64,000 bases of DNA from NCBI GenBank assembly GCA_946499835.1, contig CAMMTJ010000001.1, positions 80,879-144,878 on the forward strand, given 5' to 3'. The stretch is from an uncultured Bacillota bacterium. GTDB taxonomy: Bacteria; Bacillota; Clostridia; Christensenellales; UBA1242. Under the pieces are notes generated by a model. The model worked only from the letters and a program-made list of their open reading frames with translations. It was not told the DNA's origin and searched no databases. Numbering within the stretch: the first letter of the stretch is position 1; every line of letters starts with the position of its first letter. This document shows, piece after piece, positions 56,011 to 64,000 of the stretch. The position numbers were made by a program, and so were the translations under genes.

Positions 56011-56691
56011 TCAAAGCGTTTGTGCATAATCAAAATTAAGTGCTACCCCAACATTGACAACGTTTGCTTGCCCAGTAGAAAAATCTAAAAGCGTTGTCAC
56101 ATATCCAACATTATTTGCGGTATAGTCGACATAAACTTTTTGATAGACAAGCATTTGATAACGATCAAACGCTGTGTTATATAGTGGCAAAATTGTGTTA
56201 ATAGGACTGACAGTCACCTCTCTTGCACCTGACAAATCATTTTTGGAAGCGTCAAGAAGCAAGGTTTGCCCCAAATATTCTATGTTGATAATATCGCCTT
56301 GTATTGTGGCAGAAAGGTTTTGATTAAAATTTTGGCTGTCAAAAATTGAAGATATTTCACCATTTTCACCTGAATAAAGTTGATAAAAACTGTAATCTCC
56401 ACTGCCACCGCTCTCCACTGAATAAAATATTTGATTCAAGCCATTGCCCAAAAAGTCGCCCAAGAAAACACTTGGATTATAACCACTGTTTGCATTTGGA
56501 ACAACCTCTTTTTCTTCCCCACCAGTGACAATCTTCAAAGAAATATTTTCTTGAAAGGCACTTTGTGCTGATGAGCAGATATATATTTGACTTAATTTCC
56601 ATTGGTCAAACACAAACCCACTTCCTGCAAAAGAACAAGAACTGGAAATGGCAAGTGCACAAGCAAATATTGATGATACAATTCCTTTCAT
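56011..56691 (-). CDS. Secreted protein or lipoprotein with an FG-GAP/VCBS-like segment (226 aa)
   Basis: N-terminal signal peptide MKGIVSSIFACALAISSSC(SFAG). GDFLGNGLNQIFYSVESGGSGDY resembles an FG-GAP/VCBS repeat. Confidence 0.65.
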   Translation of the reverse strand: MKGIVSSIFACALAISSSCSFAGSGFVFDQWKLSQIYICSSAQSAFQENISLKIVTGGEEKEVVPNANSGYNPSVFLGDFLGNGLNQIFYSVESGGSGDYSFYQLYSGENGEISSIFDSQNFNQNLSATIQGDIINIEYLGQTLLLDASKNDLSGAREVTVSPINTILPLYNTAFDRYQMLVYQKVYVDYTANNVGYVTTLLDFSTGQANVVNVGVALNFDYAQTL

Positions 56692-56724
56692 ACACTTATG
56701 ATGCTATTTTTACAAAAAATTATT

Positions 56725-56925
56725 CTATTTTTCAATACCTAATAAATAATCGCTTGTCACATTAAAGATTTTTGTCAATTTTACAACCGTTTCAATATCA
56801 GGCAAACTTTTCCCACACTCCCACAAAGAAACCGTGTCTTGACTTATGAACAAAAGAGACGCAAGTTGTGTTTGCGACATTCCATATTCTTTGCGAAGTT
56901 CTTTTATTGTCTGCCCAATTTTCAT
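56725..56925 (-). CDS. XRE-family helix-turn-helix transcriptional regulator (66 aa)
   Basis: MKIGQTIKELRKEYGMSQTQLASLLFISQDTVSLWECGKSLPDIETVVKLTKIF is a classic HTH_3 domain. Start set at ATG 56925; the 161-aa track ORF is an upstream extension through the promoter region. Confidence 0.85.
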   Translation of the reverse strand: MKIGQTIKELRKEYGMSQTQLASLLFISQDTVSLWECGKSLPDIETVVKLTKIFNVTSDYLLGIEK

Positions 56926-56931
56926 AAAATT

Positions 56932-56987
56932 ATTATACGAACTATTTTCGTTTTTTAGTTGACATACGAAAAATTCTCGTATATAAT
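56932..56987. promoter_or_regulatory. Divergent promoter/operator region of the XRE gene and the zinc-ribbon operon
   Basis: Plus strand: TTGACA (56959-56964), N17, TATAAT (56982-56987), with the palindrome ATACGA-N7-TCGTAT filling the spacer. Minus strand: TATAAT (56937-56932) lies 6 nt from the XRE ATG. A second palindrome ACGAA-N5-TTCGT is at 56937-56951. Confidence 0.55.
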
Positions 56988-57009
56988 AAAGTCGATAAAA
57001 GGAGAAGAA

Positions 57010-57333
57010 ATGTTTTGCAGAAAATGTGGAAAAGAAATTCCAGAAGAATCTAACTTTTGCCCAAATTGTGGATACAACAAGACAAATAAAGGATACCCTT
57101 CTATAAGTCGCAAATTTTCGGTTATCAAAGGGTTTATTATATTTCATATGATTTGTGGCGTGTTTATGTTTTTTATTCCCACGATTGTTGGTGCATGTGC
57201 TCTTGGCCAACTTGGAAGTGTAAAAAAAGTGGAAGAACTCACAACAGTGGCCATTCTATGTATTATTTTCGGTTGCACAATTGCAGGTCTTTTGATGTTT
57301 ACTTTGCATGATGAAGATTTGAGGAGGATATAA
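57010..57333 (+). CDS. Zinc-ribbon membrane protein (107 aa)
   Basis: MFCRKCGKEIPEESNFCPNCG zinc ribbon, then two TM helices. SD AAGGAGA. Confidence 0.75.
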   Translation: MFCRKCGKEIPEESNFCPNCGYNKTNKGYPSISRKFSVIKGFIIFHMICGVFMFFIPTIVGACALGQLGSVKKVEELTTVAILCIIFGCTIAGLLMFTLHDEDLRRI

Positions 57334-57335
57334 AA

Positions 57336-57527
57336 ATGTTTTGTGAAAAATGCGGTAAGGAAATAAGCGAAAACGAAACAATTTGCTCAAACTGCGGAAA
57401 CAAGGTCGAAACCATTGATCCCCCACAAGAGGTTGAAAAAAAAGAATTAGGCATTCTTAGTATTTTAGGTTTGATCTTTGTGTGTGTTCCTGCAATAATT
57501 GTTTTTATTTTAACTTTTGTTTTTTAA
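57336..57527 (+). CDS. Zinc-ribbon membrane protein (63 aa)
   Basis: MFCEKCGKEISENETICSNCG zinc ribbon, then one TM helix. SD AGGAGG. Starts 2 nt after the previous stop. Confidence 0.75.
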   Translation: MFCEKCGKEISENETICSNCGNKVETIDPPQEVEKKELGILSILGLIFVCVPAIIVFILTFVF

Positions 57528-57540
57528 GCCTGAGGTGAAT

Positions 57541-57744
57541 ATGAGTTTTATACAAATTTTAATATCTTTGCTTTTAACACTTCTACCTGTTGTTGGATGT
57601 ATCCTTGCAGGGATTTCTCTTGTGATTTATAAAAAGCCTATACACAAAATTATTGCTATTATAACTTTGATTTTATATGTTTTTTATAGTTTTCATGACC
57701 TCACAAATTTCTTTAATTTATTTTATTGGATTGGATCTTTTTAA
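57541..57744 (+). CDS. Small two-TM membrane protein (67 aa)
   Basis: ATG 57541 with SD GAGGTGA. Two hydrophobic helices. Last gene before the terminator. Confidence 0.6.
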   Translation: MSFIQILISLLLTLLPVVGCILAGISLVIYKKPIHKIIAIITLILYVFYSFHDLTNFFNLFYWIGSF

Positions 57745-57753
57745 CCTTATAAT

Positions 57754-57781
57754 AAACTGCCGCTTTAGTGCAGTTTTTTTA
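57754..57781 (+). terminator. Terminator of the zinc-ribbon operon
   Basis: AAACTGC-loop-GCAGTTT followed by T7. Confidence 0.6.
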
Positions 57782-57873
57782 TTTCACTTTAATTATGACT
57801 TATACTTGAAACTATTCACGGTTTCGACAACAAAGTTTGCACCAAGATTGAAAATCTTTGCAAGCCCCGGATA

Positions 57874-57903
57874 ACAAAAAAAGACTGCTTTTGCAGTCTT
57901 TTT
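57874..57903 (-). terminator. Terminator of the tRNA operon
   Basis: AAGACTGC-AAAA-GCAGTCTT followed by T7 on the minus strand, directly after tRNA-Lys. Confidence 0.65.
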
Positions 57904-57979
57904 TGGTGGCCTACCCGGGGCTCGAACCCGGGACCCCTTGATTAAAAGTCAAGTGCTCTACCAACTGAGCTAGTAGACC
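57904..57979 (-). tRNA. tRNA-Lys (anticodon UUU)
   Basis: Minus strand GGTCTACTAGCTCAGTTGGTAGAGCACTTGACTTTTAATCAAG...GGTTCGAGCCC...CCA. Cloverleaf checked by hand; CCA encoded. Confidence 0.93.
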
Positions 57980-58008
57980 AAATTTTTTCGCTTTTTTCAA
58001 AAGCGATA

Positions 58009-58083
58009 TGGCTGGGGTGGCAGGATTTGAACCTACGCATGCAAGAATCAAAATCTTGTGCCTTACCGCTTGGCGACACCCCA
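58009..58083 (-). tRNA. tRNA-Gln (anticodon UUG)
   Basis: TGGGGTGTCGCCAAGCGGTAAGGCACAAGATTTTGATTCTTG...GGTTCAAATCC...CCA. Anticodon loop TTTTGAT. Confidence 0.92.
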
Positions 58084-58143
58084 TCACGGCAAACCTTTAT
58101 GTCAGAAACAAAGCAGTAAGGACAACCCACTCATCCAGCAAAT

Positions 58144-58219
58144 TGGCTGGGGTGGTAGGATTCGAACCTACGCAATGTTGGAGTCAGAGTCCAATGCCTT
58201 ACCGCTTGGCGACACCCCA
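58144..58219 (-). tRNA. tRNA-Gln (anticodon CUG)
   Basis: Same acceptor and D arm as the UUG copy. Anticodon stem-loop TTGGA-CTCTGAC-TCCAA. Confidence 0.92.
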
Positions 58220-58276
58220 ATGAAGATAAGCAGATTTTCAGGGCGCACTGACAAACTCGAAAAGAGTTTAAGTTTC

Positions 58277-58353
58277 TGGGGTGATCGAAGAGGATCGAAC
58301 TCTTGACCTCCAGAGCCACAATCTGGCGTTCTGCCAACTGAACTACGACCACC
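58277..58353 (-). tRNA. tRNA-His (anticodon GUG)
   Basis: Extra 5' G(-1). Anticodon stem-loop CCAGA-TTGTGGC-TCTGG. GGTTCGATCC T-arm. CCA encoded. Confidence 0.92.
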
Positions 58354-58364
58354 ATAAGACTTTG

Positions 58365-58441
<77 letters not shown>

Positions 58442-58445
58442 TTAG

Positions 58446-58519
58446 TGGAGCAGGTGAAGGGAATCGGACCCTCGCGACCAGCTTGGAAGGCTGGGGTTCT
58501 ACCACTGAACTACACCTGC
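58446..58519 (-). tRNA. tRNA-Gly (anticodon UCC)
   Basis: GCAGGTGTAGTTCAGTGGTAGAAC..., anticodon stem-loop CCAGC-CTTCCAA-GCTGG, CCA encoded. Confidence 0.92.
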
Positions 58520-58535
58520 ATATGTTGACTATGCA

Positions 58536-58564
58536 ATTTTATCATAGCCACACATTATTGTCAA
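58536..58564 (-). promoter_or_regulatory. SigA-type promoter of the tRNA operon
   Basis: Minus strand TTGACA-N17-TAAAAT, 16 nt upstream of tRNA-Gly. Confidence 0.6.
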
Positions 58565-58616
58565 GAATTTTGGCAAAAAAACTAAATTTTTCTGCCATGC
58601 TTTTCCCTTTTTTAGC

Positions 58617-59483
58617 CTACTGAGCCAGAATTTTTCCATTTACACTGACAACAGCAGAAGGCAACCCCTTTTTGCGAATAACTTTTATTGTTTGCTTTGC
58701 AAAAGCGTCTGCCATTGCTCTTTCAACTTTTGTTGGCTTAAACCCTCTCTGAAAGTGCCCTATCCTCAGTCCAACAATGTCAACTTTTGGGCAGGCATTT
58801 TTAAGTTTGCTCACAAACTCTGAAAGCGGGAGAATGTTTTCGCGAACTACTATCATTGACGAATGTTCCCTTTTGGCATTTTCCTTGACCACTTTTGCCA
58901 TTTTGCCAAAGTCAACATCATCTTCATTGCAAATGACGAAATCGCTTTCAAGTGCCAGCGCTGTGCTTTGGGCTATTGCACCATGATGACGCCCCATAAC
59001 CTCAAAAAAGCAACATCGGTTGAATGCCTCCATGCTCGGCATTGTGTTTTTGATATACTGGCAACATGCTTTCACCGCGCTATGAAAACCAAGGCTGTAT
59101 TCACTGTTGTCAACGTCATTGTCGATAGTCGCTGGCACAAAGATAGTCTTCACACCATTGTCAGAAAGTTGACATGCACCTCGGTATGAGCCATTGCCTC
59201 CAAGCACAATCACCCAGTCAAACTCTTTTGCGTTTGCAAGTCCTTTCTTAAAACCTTTGACTGTGGCAAACTCAGGACATCTGGCACTTTTTATGCAACT
59301 GCCCGCCTGATTTCTGTTTTTGAATGGCTCAAAGTTTTTAAGTGGTTCAAAGTTGCCATCAATAAGTCCACGAAAACCATATTTGCAAGCATAAACTTTT
59401 TTGCCAAATTTTTTGTAAATTTGGTATAAAAATCTATTCATACCTTGGGCATCACCGCCACTTGTTAAAACCAATATTTTCAT
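58617..59483 (-). CDS. pfkA: 6-phosphofructokinase family protein, short and divergent
   Basis: LTSGGDAQGMN, ATIDND, FEVMGR and GHFQRG motifs. Only 288 aa, with several substitutions at canonical positions. Confidence 0.8.
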   Translation of the reverse strand: MKILVLTSGGDAQGMNRFLYQIYKKFGKKVYACKYGFRGLIDGNFEPLKNFEPFKNRNQAGSCIKSARCPEFATVKGFKKGLANAKEFDWVIVLGGNGSYRGACQLSDNGVKTIFVPATIDNDVDNSEYSLGFHSAVKACCQYIKNTMPSMEAFNRCCFFEVMGRHHGAIAQSTALALESDFVICNEDDVDFGKMAKVVKENAKREHSSMIVVRENILPLSEFVSKLKNACPKVDIVGLRIGHFQRGFKPTKVERAMADAFAKQTIKVIRKKGLPSAVVSVNGKILAQ

Positions 59484-59490
59484 ATTTTCC

Positions 59491-62400
59491 TCATTTTATA
59501 ACAACATTTTTTTCACCAAGAAGCCCAACAAGTTCATTTTCAAGATAGTTGTTTGCATCAACTTTTGCACTAAATGAAAAAGCCTTGTTGCTCGACGAAC
59601 ACTTGATAACCACAGGCATTTTCCCTGGATAGGAAGAAATGATATCCTTCACTTTTTGATAAATGTCAATATCCTTTGTGTCAAATCTCAAATATACTTT
59701 CTTTTCTTTGACTTCCTCCGCCTTTTCCCATGGTGTCAAACTCTCTGCAATCACAACAGGGCTTTTCCCCGGTCTTATTGAAAGACGCCCTCTGATTGTG
59801 AACATCTTGTCCTCGGCAACTATGTCCTTGTATCGATTGTATAGTTTTGCAAAAAGCATAACATCAAATGTTCCATTAAGGTCTTCCACTGTGAGAAATG
59901 CCATATTGCCAGATTTTGAAGGAATTTTTTTGATAGCAGTCACCACACCGCCACAGACAACACTTTGCCCGTCTTTAACTTGGTCATAAACCTTTTCTTC
60001 TTCAACCCCTTCTTCACTCTCTTCAAACTCACCCTCATCTTCACTTGCAATCATGTCAGATGTGAAATCAAAGTCATCAAATTTGTCGAGATAATCATCA
60101 AGCGGATGACCAGAAAGATAAATTCCCACAATTTCTTTTTCGTATTTGAGCAACGTCTCTTTGTTAAACTCTTTTATCTTTGGATATTCAACTGTGTTGA
60201 CGCTTTGTGTTTCCGCTTCAAACACATCAAAGATTGACGTTTGTCCGTTTGCTTTGCTCTTTTTGTCGTGGTTTGCCCTATCCATAACAAGAGTATATAC
60301 TGCCATAAGTTGTGAGCGATAAACTCCAAATTGATCAAAGGCTCCACTCAAAATCAAACTCTCAACCGTTCTTTTGTTGATTGTTCCATATGGAGTCATA
60401 CGAGATATGAAATCTTCAAACGATTTGAAAAGTCCATTTTTCTCTCTTTCAGAGATAATTTGGTCAACAACGTTTGTTCCAACATTTTTAAGTCCACCAA
60501 GACCAAATCTTGTGTTGCCATCTTCCACACGGAACTCAGTTCGTGATTTGTTGATGTCAGGAGGCAAAACTTTGAAACCTTCCTTGCGGACATAGTTTGT
60601 GTATCTTTTCACAAGATCGGCGTTTGTGATACGGTTGTTGAGCACCGCTGTCAAAAATTCTATTTCATAGTGTGCTTTCAAATAGCCTGTTTGATAAGCC
60701 ACATAGGCGTATGCAGCCGCGTGCGATTTGTTGAAGGCATAACCTGCAAACTTTGCCATTTGATCAAAGACCTTGATTGCGACATCTTCTTTATGACCAA
60801 GTGCAAGTGCTCCTGGGATATCCTTTTTCTTCCCTTCTGGATCTTTCCAGCCATGCAAAAATTTCTCTTTTTCTGGTGGAAGTTTTTCAGGCTTTTTCTT
60901 TCCCATAATTCTTCGCACATTGTCTGCTCCACCGAGAGAAAATCCTGCCATAACTTGGAAGATTTTCATAACCTGTTCTTGATAAACAATACAGCCATAA
61001 GTGGTTGAAAGAATTGGTTCAAGGCAAGGGTCATCATACTCGATCTCTTCTGGATTTTTCTTACCTTTGATGAACTTTGGAATGAAGTCCATAGGCCCTG
61101 GTCTGTAAAGAGAAATACCCGCGATAACGTCTTCAAGAGATGATGGTTGAAGGTCTTTCATGAATCGTTTCATACCACCACTTTCAAGTTGGAAAACGGC
61201 GTCAGTGTTGCCAGAACTGATAAGTTCAAAAACGGCTGGATCGTTGTATTCCATTTTTGTGAAATCAATCTCCACGCCATAGTCTTCTTTGACATAATCT
61301 ATTGCTTTTTTGATGTCAGTCAAAGTGCGAAGTCCAAGGAAGTCCATTTTGAGAAGACCAAGGTGTTCAAGTTCTGTCATATCATGTTGAGTGATGACAT
61401 CCTCCCCACTTTTTGCCATTGGCACGTGGTCATAAACTGGATCAGGTGAAATGAGCACACCAGCGGCGTGCATGGAAATATTTCTTGGCACACCTTCAAG
61501 TTTCATAGCCATGTTGACAATTTTTTGAATCATATCATCTTCATCATACATGGCTTTGAGTTCAGGGACAATAAATTTGCTGTTTTCCTCTTTCCCTGTT
61601 TGACCAAAATAATATTGAAGCACAGGTGGTTTTTTAAGAGGTTTATTTGGAATTTCCTTTGTGATTTTATCAACTTCTGAAAGAGGAAAACGAAGCACTC
61701 TTGCAACGTCGCGAATGGCGTTTTTGGCTTGCATATTTCCAAAAGTCACAATGTTTGACACATGATCATAGCCATATCTACGCTTTGCATATTCAATAAC
61801 TTCTCCACGTCTATCCATGCAGAAGTCAACGTCAAAGTCAGGCATTGACACACGTTCTGGATTGATGAAGCGGTCAAAGAAGAGTTCATATTTTATTGGG
61901 TCAACCTGAGTGATACCTGTGCAATAGGCAACCAAACTTCCCGCACCCGATCCTCTTCCAGGTCCAACAGGAATGCCATTTTTTCTTGCAAAGTTGATAT
62001 AATCCCAAACAATCAAAAAGTATTCCACAAAGCCAAGTTTATGAATTGTGGTAAGTTCCATATTCATTCGATCTTCAAGTTCTTTTGTGATTGGGTTATA
62101 ACGCTCTTTCAGTCCTTCCCAAGCCAGTCTTGTCAAATATTCATAAGGCTCTTCGCCAGTATCTGGCACATACTTTGGAATAAAGTTTTCATTTGCACCC
62201 AATTGGTCTTCCTTTGGAATGTTTGGATTTCCACCCTCCGCCGTTTCACGCAAAGATTTTGTTTTGATTGTAACATTGCATTTATCGGCAATTTCAAGCG
62301 TGCGGTCAAGCGCCTCAGAAAATCCAGGAAGTGCCTCTTCCATTTCTTCGTAAGTTTTGAGATAAAACTCTTCGGTTGACATTTTCATGCGGTTTGGATC

Positions 62401-63081
62401 GTCATAAGTCTTTCCAGTTTGCACGCAAAGGAGCACGTCTTGCAATTCGGCGTCTTCTTTATAAAGATAGTGCACATCATTTGTGGCGACGAGAGGAATA
62501 TCAAGCCTTTGCGACATATCGGCAAGGTGAACAAGCACTTCCTTTTGTTCAGGTATGCCATGATATTGCACTTCAAGATAGAAATCATCTTTGAAAACAC
62601 GCTTAAACCAAAGAGCCAGTTTGTCGGCCTCGTCATATTGTCTTTTCAAAATATATTGGGGTATGTGTCCACCAAGACAAGCAGACAGACAGATTATCCC
62701 TTCGCTATATTTTTCGAGAAGTTCATAATCAATCCTTGGATTGTAATAATATCCTTCAAGATAAGCCATGGAAGAGAGTTTTAAGAGGTTGCGATATCCT
62801 GTGTTGTTTTTGGCAAGCAAAATGAGATGCCCAGTATCTTCACGATTTGAGCGAGATTTTCTGTCATGGCAAATATAAAATTCTTCACCTATAATTGGTT
62901 TTATGCCATTAGAAACGCAGGCCTCAAAAAATTTGAGCGTGCCATACATGTTTCCGTGGTCGGTAATTGCGATTGATTTCCAACCTCTCTCTTTGACAAT
63001 TTTCACAAGTTTGTCAATTCGTGCCAGACCATCAAGCAAACTATATTCAGTGTGAACATGCAAATGCACAAACTCTTTCAT
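59491..63081 (-). CDS. dnaE: DNA polymerase III subunit alpha (DnaE type)
   Basis: 1196 aa, PHP domain HLHVHTEYSLLDG, polymerase core motifs, OB fold near the C-terminus. Confidence 0.97.
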   Translation of the reverse strand: MKEFVHLHVHTEYSLLDGLARIDKLVKIVKERGWKSIAITDHGNMYGTLKFFEACVSNGIKPIIGEEFYICHDRKSRSNREDTGHLILLAKNNTGYRNLLKLSSMAYLEGYYYNPRIDYELLEKYSEGIICLSACLGGHIPQYILKRQYDEADKLALWFKRVFKDDFYLEVQYHGIPEQKEVLVHLADMSQRLDIPLVATNDVHYLYKEDAELQDVLLCVQTGKTYDDPNRMKMSTEEFYLKTYEEMEEALPGFSEALDRTLEIADKCNVTIKTKSLRETAEGGNPNIPKEDQLGANENFIPKYVPDTGEEPYEYLTRLAWEGLKERYNPITKELEDRMNMELTTIHKLGFVEYFLIVWDYINFARKNGIPVGPGRGSGAGSLVAYCTGITQVDPIKYELFFDRFINPERVSMPDFDVDFCMDRRGEVIEYAKRRYGYDHVSNIVTFGNMQAKNAIRDVARVLRFPLSEVDKITKEIPNKPLKKPPVLQYYFGQTGKEENSKFIVPELKAMYDEDDMIQKIVNMAMKLEGVPRNISMHAAGVLISPDPVYDHVPMAKSGEDVITQHDMTELEHLGLLKMDFLGLRTLTDIKKAIDYVKEDYGVEIDFTKMEYNDPAVFELISSGNTDAVFQLESGGMKRFMKDLQPSSLEDVIAGISLYRPGPMDFIPKFIKGKKNPEEIEYDDPCLEPILSTTYGCIVYQEQVMKIFQVMAGFSLGGADNVRRIMGKKKPEKLPPEKEKFLHGWKDPEGKKKDIPGALALGHKEDVAIKVFDQMAKFAGYAFNKSHAAAYAYVAYQTGYLKAHYEIEFLTAVLNNRITNADLVKRYTNYVRKEGFKVLPPDINKSRTEFRVEDGNTRFGLGGLKNVGTNVVDQIISEREKNGLFKSFEDFISRMTPYGTINKRTVESLILSGAFDQFGVYRSQLMAVYTLVMDRANHDKKSKANGQTSIFDVFEAETQSVNTVEYPKIKEFNKETLLKYEKEIVGIYLSGHPLDDYLDKFDDFDFTSDMIASEDEGEFEESEEGVEEEKVYDQVKDGQSVVCGGVVTAIKKIPSKSGNMAFLTVEDLNGTFDVMLFAKLYNRYKDIVAEDKMFTIRGRLSIRPGKSPVVIAESLTPWEKAEEVKEKKVYLRFDTKDIDIYQKVKDIISSYPGKMPVVIKCSSSNKAFSFSAKVDANNYLENELVGLLGEKNVVIK

Positions 63082-63090
63082 TTCTCCTCC

Positions 63091-64000
63091 CTATTTGTCT
63101 TTGAGTAATTGGGCTATACGCAAAATTTTTCTAAATCTATGGTTCAGCCCACTTTTTGTAAGTTTTATTGTGGAGAGTTTGAGAAGTTCCTCCATGCTCT
63201 CCTGCTGGTTTGCAAGCCTTAACACTGCAACCTCTTGCAAATCTTCTGGCAGTGCGTCCAGCCCTATTTTTTTGTTGATAAGTTCGATCGCCTCAATTTG
63301 CTTAAAAGAAGCATTGAGGGTTTTGTTGATATTTGCATTGATGCAGTTGACTTGCCTATTGACTGTGTTGCGAAGTCCTCGCGTTGCCATTTCATTGGAC
63401 AAGGTCATCACGCTCTCACTGGCTCCAACAAGTGCCAACAAGTCTTTTATTGCCTCTGAATCTTTGAGATAAAGCACAAAGATCCTCTTTCTTTCCACCA
63501 ATTTTGAAACAATTCCATATTCTTGCAATATGGCTTGCAATCCTTCCAAAAACTCTTTGGTATGTGAAGAAAATTCAACATGATATCCAGTCGTTGCATT
63601 TTGAGAGCCAAGTTCTGAGAGTTTTATGCTCGATGTTGCACATCCAACATAAGCACCTTTGATAAACCATTTCTTTGCCTCTTCATCAACGATCAAGTTT
63701 TGATCGATTTCCTTTTGAATGTGCATTCCTTCCACATCAAAAGTGATTATTCCGCAGTCTTGAAGCACCCTCTGTGAAATATCTACTGGAAACATAATTC
63801 GATAATAAACAGTTTTGTTTATTATATAATCATCACTTATTTCAAGTTTAAGTTCGCCTCCATACAAAGTTTTGGCGATATCGTTTGCAAAATCAAAAAT
63901 TTCCTTTATGTCAGTGACAATGTCCGCTCTTAGGCCTTCGCTGTTTTTTGTCAGTTGACCACATGCATGAAACAAACCTGACAAAAAGGCAAGGGCGCAA
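63091..64000 (-). CDS. whiA: Sporulation/cell-division regulator WhiA, N-terminus beyond the window end
   Basis: LAGLIDADG-like middle domain and C-terminal HTH (LRLANQQESMEELLKLS...LTKSGLNHRFRKI). The frame stays open upstream of the track's TTG (63984) to base 64000 (…CALAFLSGLFHACG), so the gene is 5'-truncated here. Confidence 0.9.
   Translation of the reverse strand, partial: CALAFLSGLFHACGQLTKNSEGLRADIVTDIKEIFDFANDIAKTLYGGELKLEISDDYIINKTVYYRIMFPVDISQRVLQDCGIITFDVEGMHIQKEIDQNLIVDEEAKKWFIKGAYVGCATSSIKLSELGSQNATTGYHVEFSSHTKEFLEGLQAILQEYGIVSKLVERKRIFVLYLKDSEAIKDLLALVGASESVMTLSNEMATRGLRNTVNRQVNCINANINKTLNASFKQIEAIELINKKIGLDALPEDLQEVAVLRLANQQESMEELLKLSTIKLTKSGLNHRFRKILRIAQLLKDK

Noticed and set aside
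56926-57210. 161-aa version of the XRE ORF, and the 124-aa version of the first zinc-ribbon ORF starting at 56959.
   Set aside because: Both extensions run through the divergent promoter region (the 56959 'start' is the TTG of the TTGACA -35 box). Internal ATGs with proper signals give the canonical domain N-termini.
57785-57880. Minus-strand frame reading …YPGLAKIFNLGANFVVETVNSFKYKS* just downstream of tRNA-Lys, which looks like a protein C-terminus.
   Set aside because: It has no start codon or SD, and the frame upstream runs into the terminator and the tRNA. It is possibly a relic of a truncated gene at an old integration junction, but it is too short to support.

Overview
AT-rich, gene-dense chromosomal window with about 57 protein genes, one pseudogene and 6 tRNAs. 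No rRNA, CRISPR array, transposase or integrase was seen. Gene content points to an endospore-forming Firmicute of Clostridia type: spoIVA, spoIIGA-sigE-sigG, spoIIR, sleB-ypeB, a SipL-like DUF3794 protein, spoVG, ylmC and veg. Nearly all genes lie on the minus strand. From low to high coordinates the blocks are: (1) an edge-truncated surface protein that the ORF track misses; (2) the CIRCE/HrcA heat-shock operon hrcA-grpE-dnaK-dnaJ; (3) U32 peptidase, PnuC-like, tsaD, and prfB with its +1 frameshift; (4) an orphan plus-strand Cys-bearing protein; (5) tlyA, yloV, asp23, rpmB; (6) spoIVA, plsY, der, feoAB, nrdR; (7) ylmC, sigG, sigE, spoIIGA, an ANT(6)-like gene, then a rearranged dcw cluster (ftsZ, ftsA, ftsQ, murA, ftsW, murD, mraY, murE, ddl, murF); (8) spoVG, ypeB, sleB, spoIIR, SipL-like, veg; (9) rpe, rsgA, rlmN, fmt, def, priA, rpoZ; (10) ppdK; (11) a ~2.9 kb accessory islet (XRE regulators, small zinc-ribbon membrane proteins, two unknown proteins) next to a 6-tRNA operon; (12) pfk, dnaE, whiA (edge-truncated). 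The most unusual observations are a metallothionein-like Cys/His-rich domain on the N-terminus of GrpE, the XRE/zinc-ribbon islet, a MurF with a polytopic membrane N-terminus, the orphan 227-aa protein behind a mother-cell-type promoter, and an aminoglycoside nucleotidyltransferase gene between ftsZ and spoIIGA. All functional calls rest on motifs read by eye and on synteny; no database search was run.
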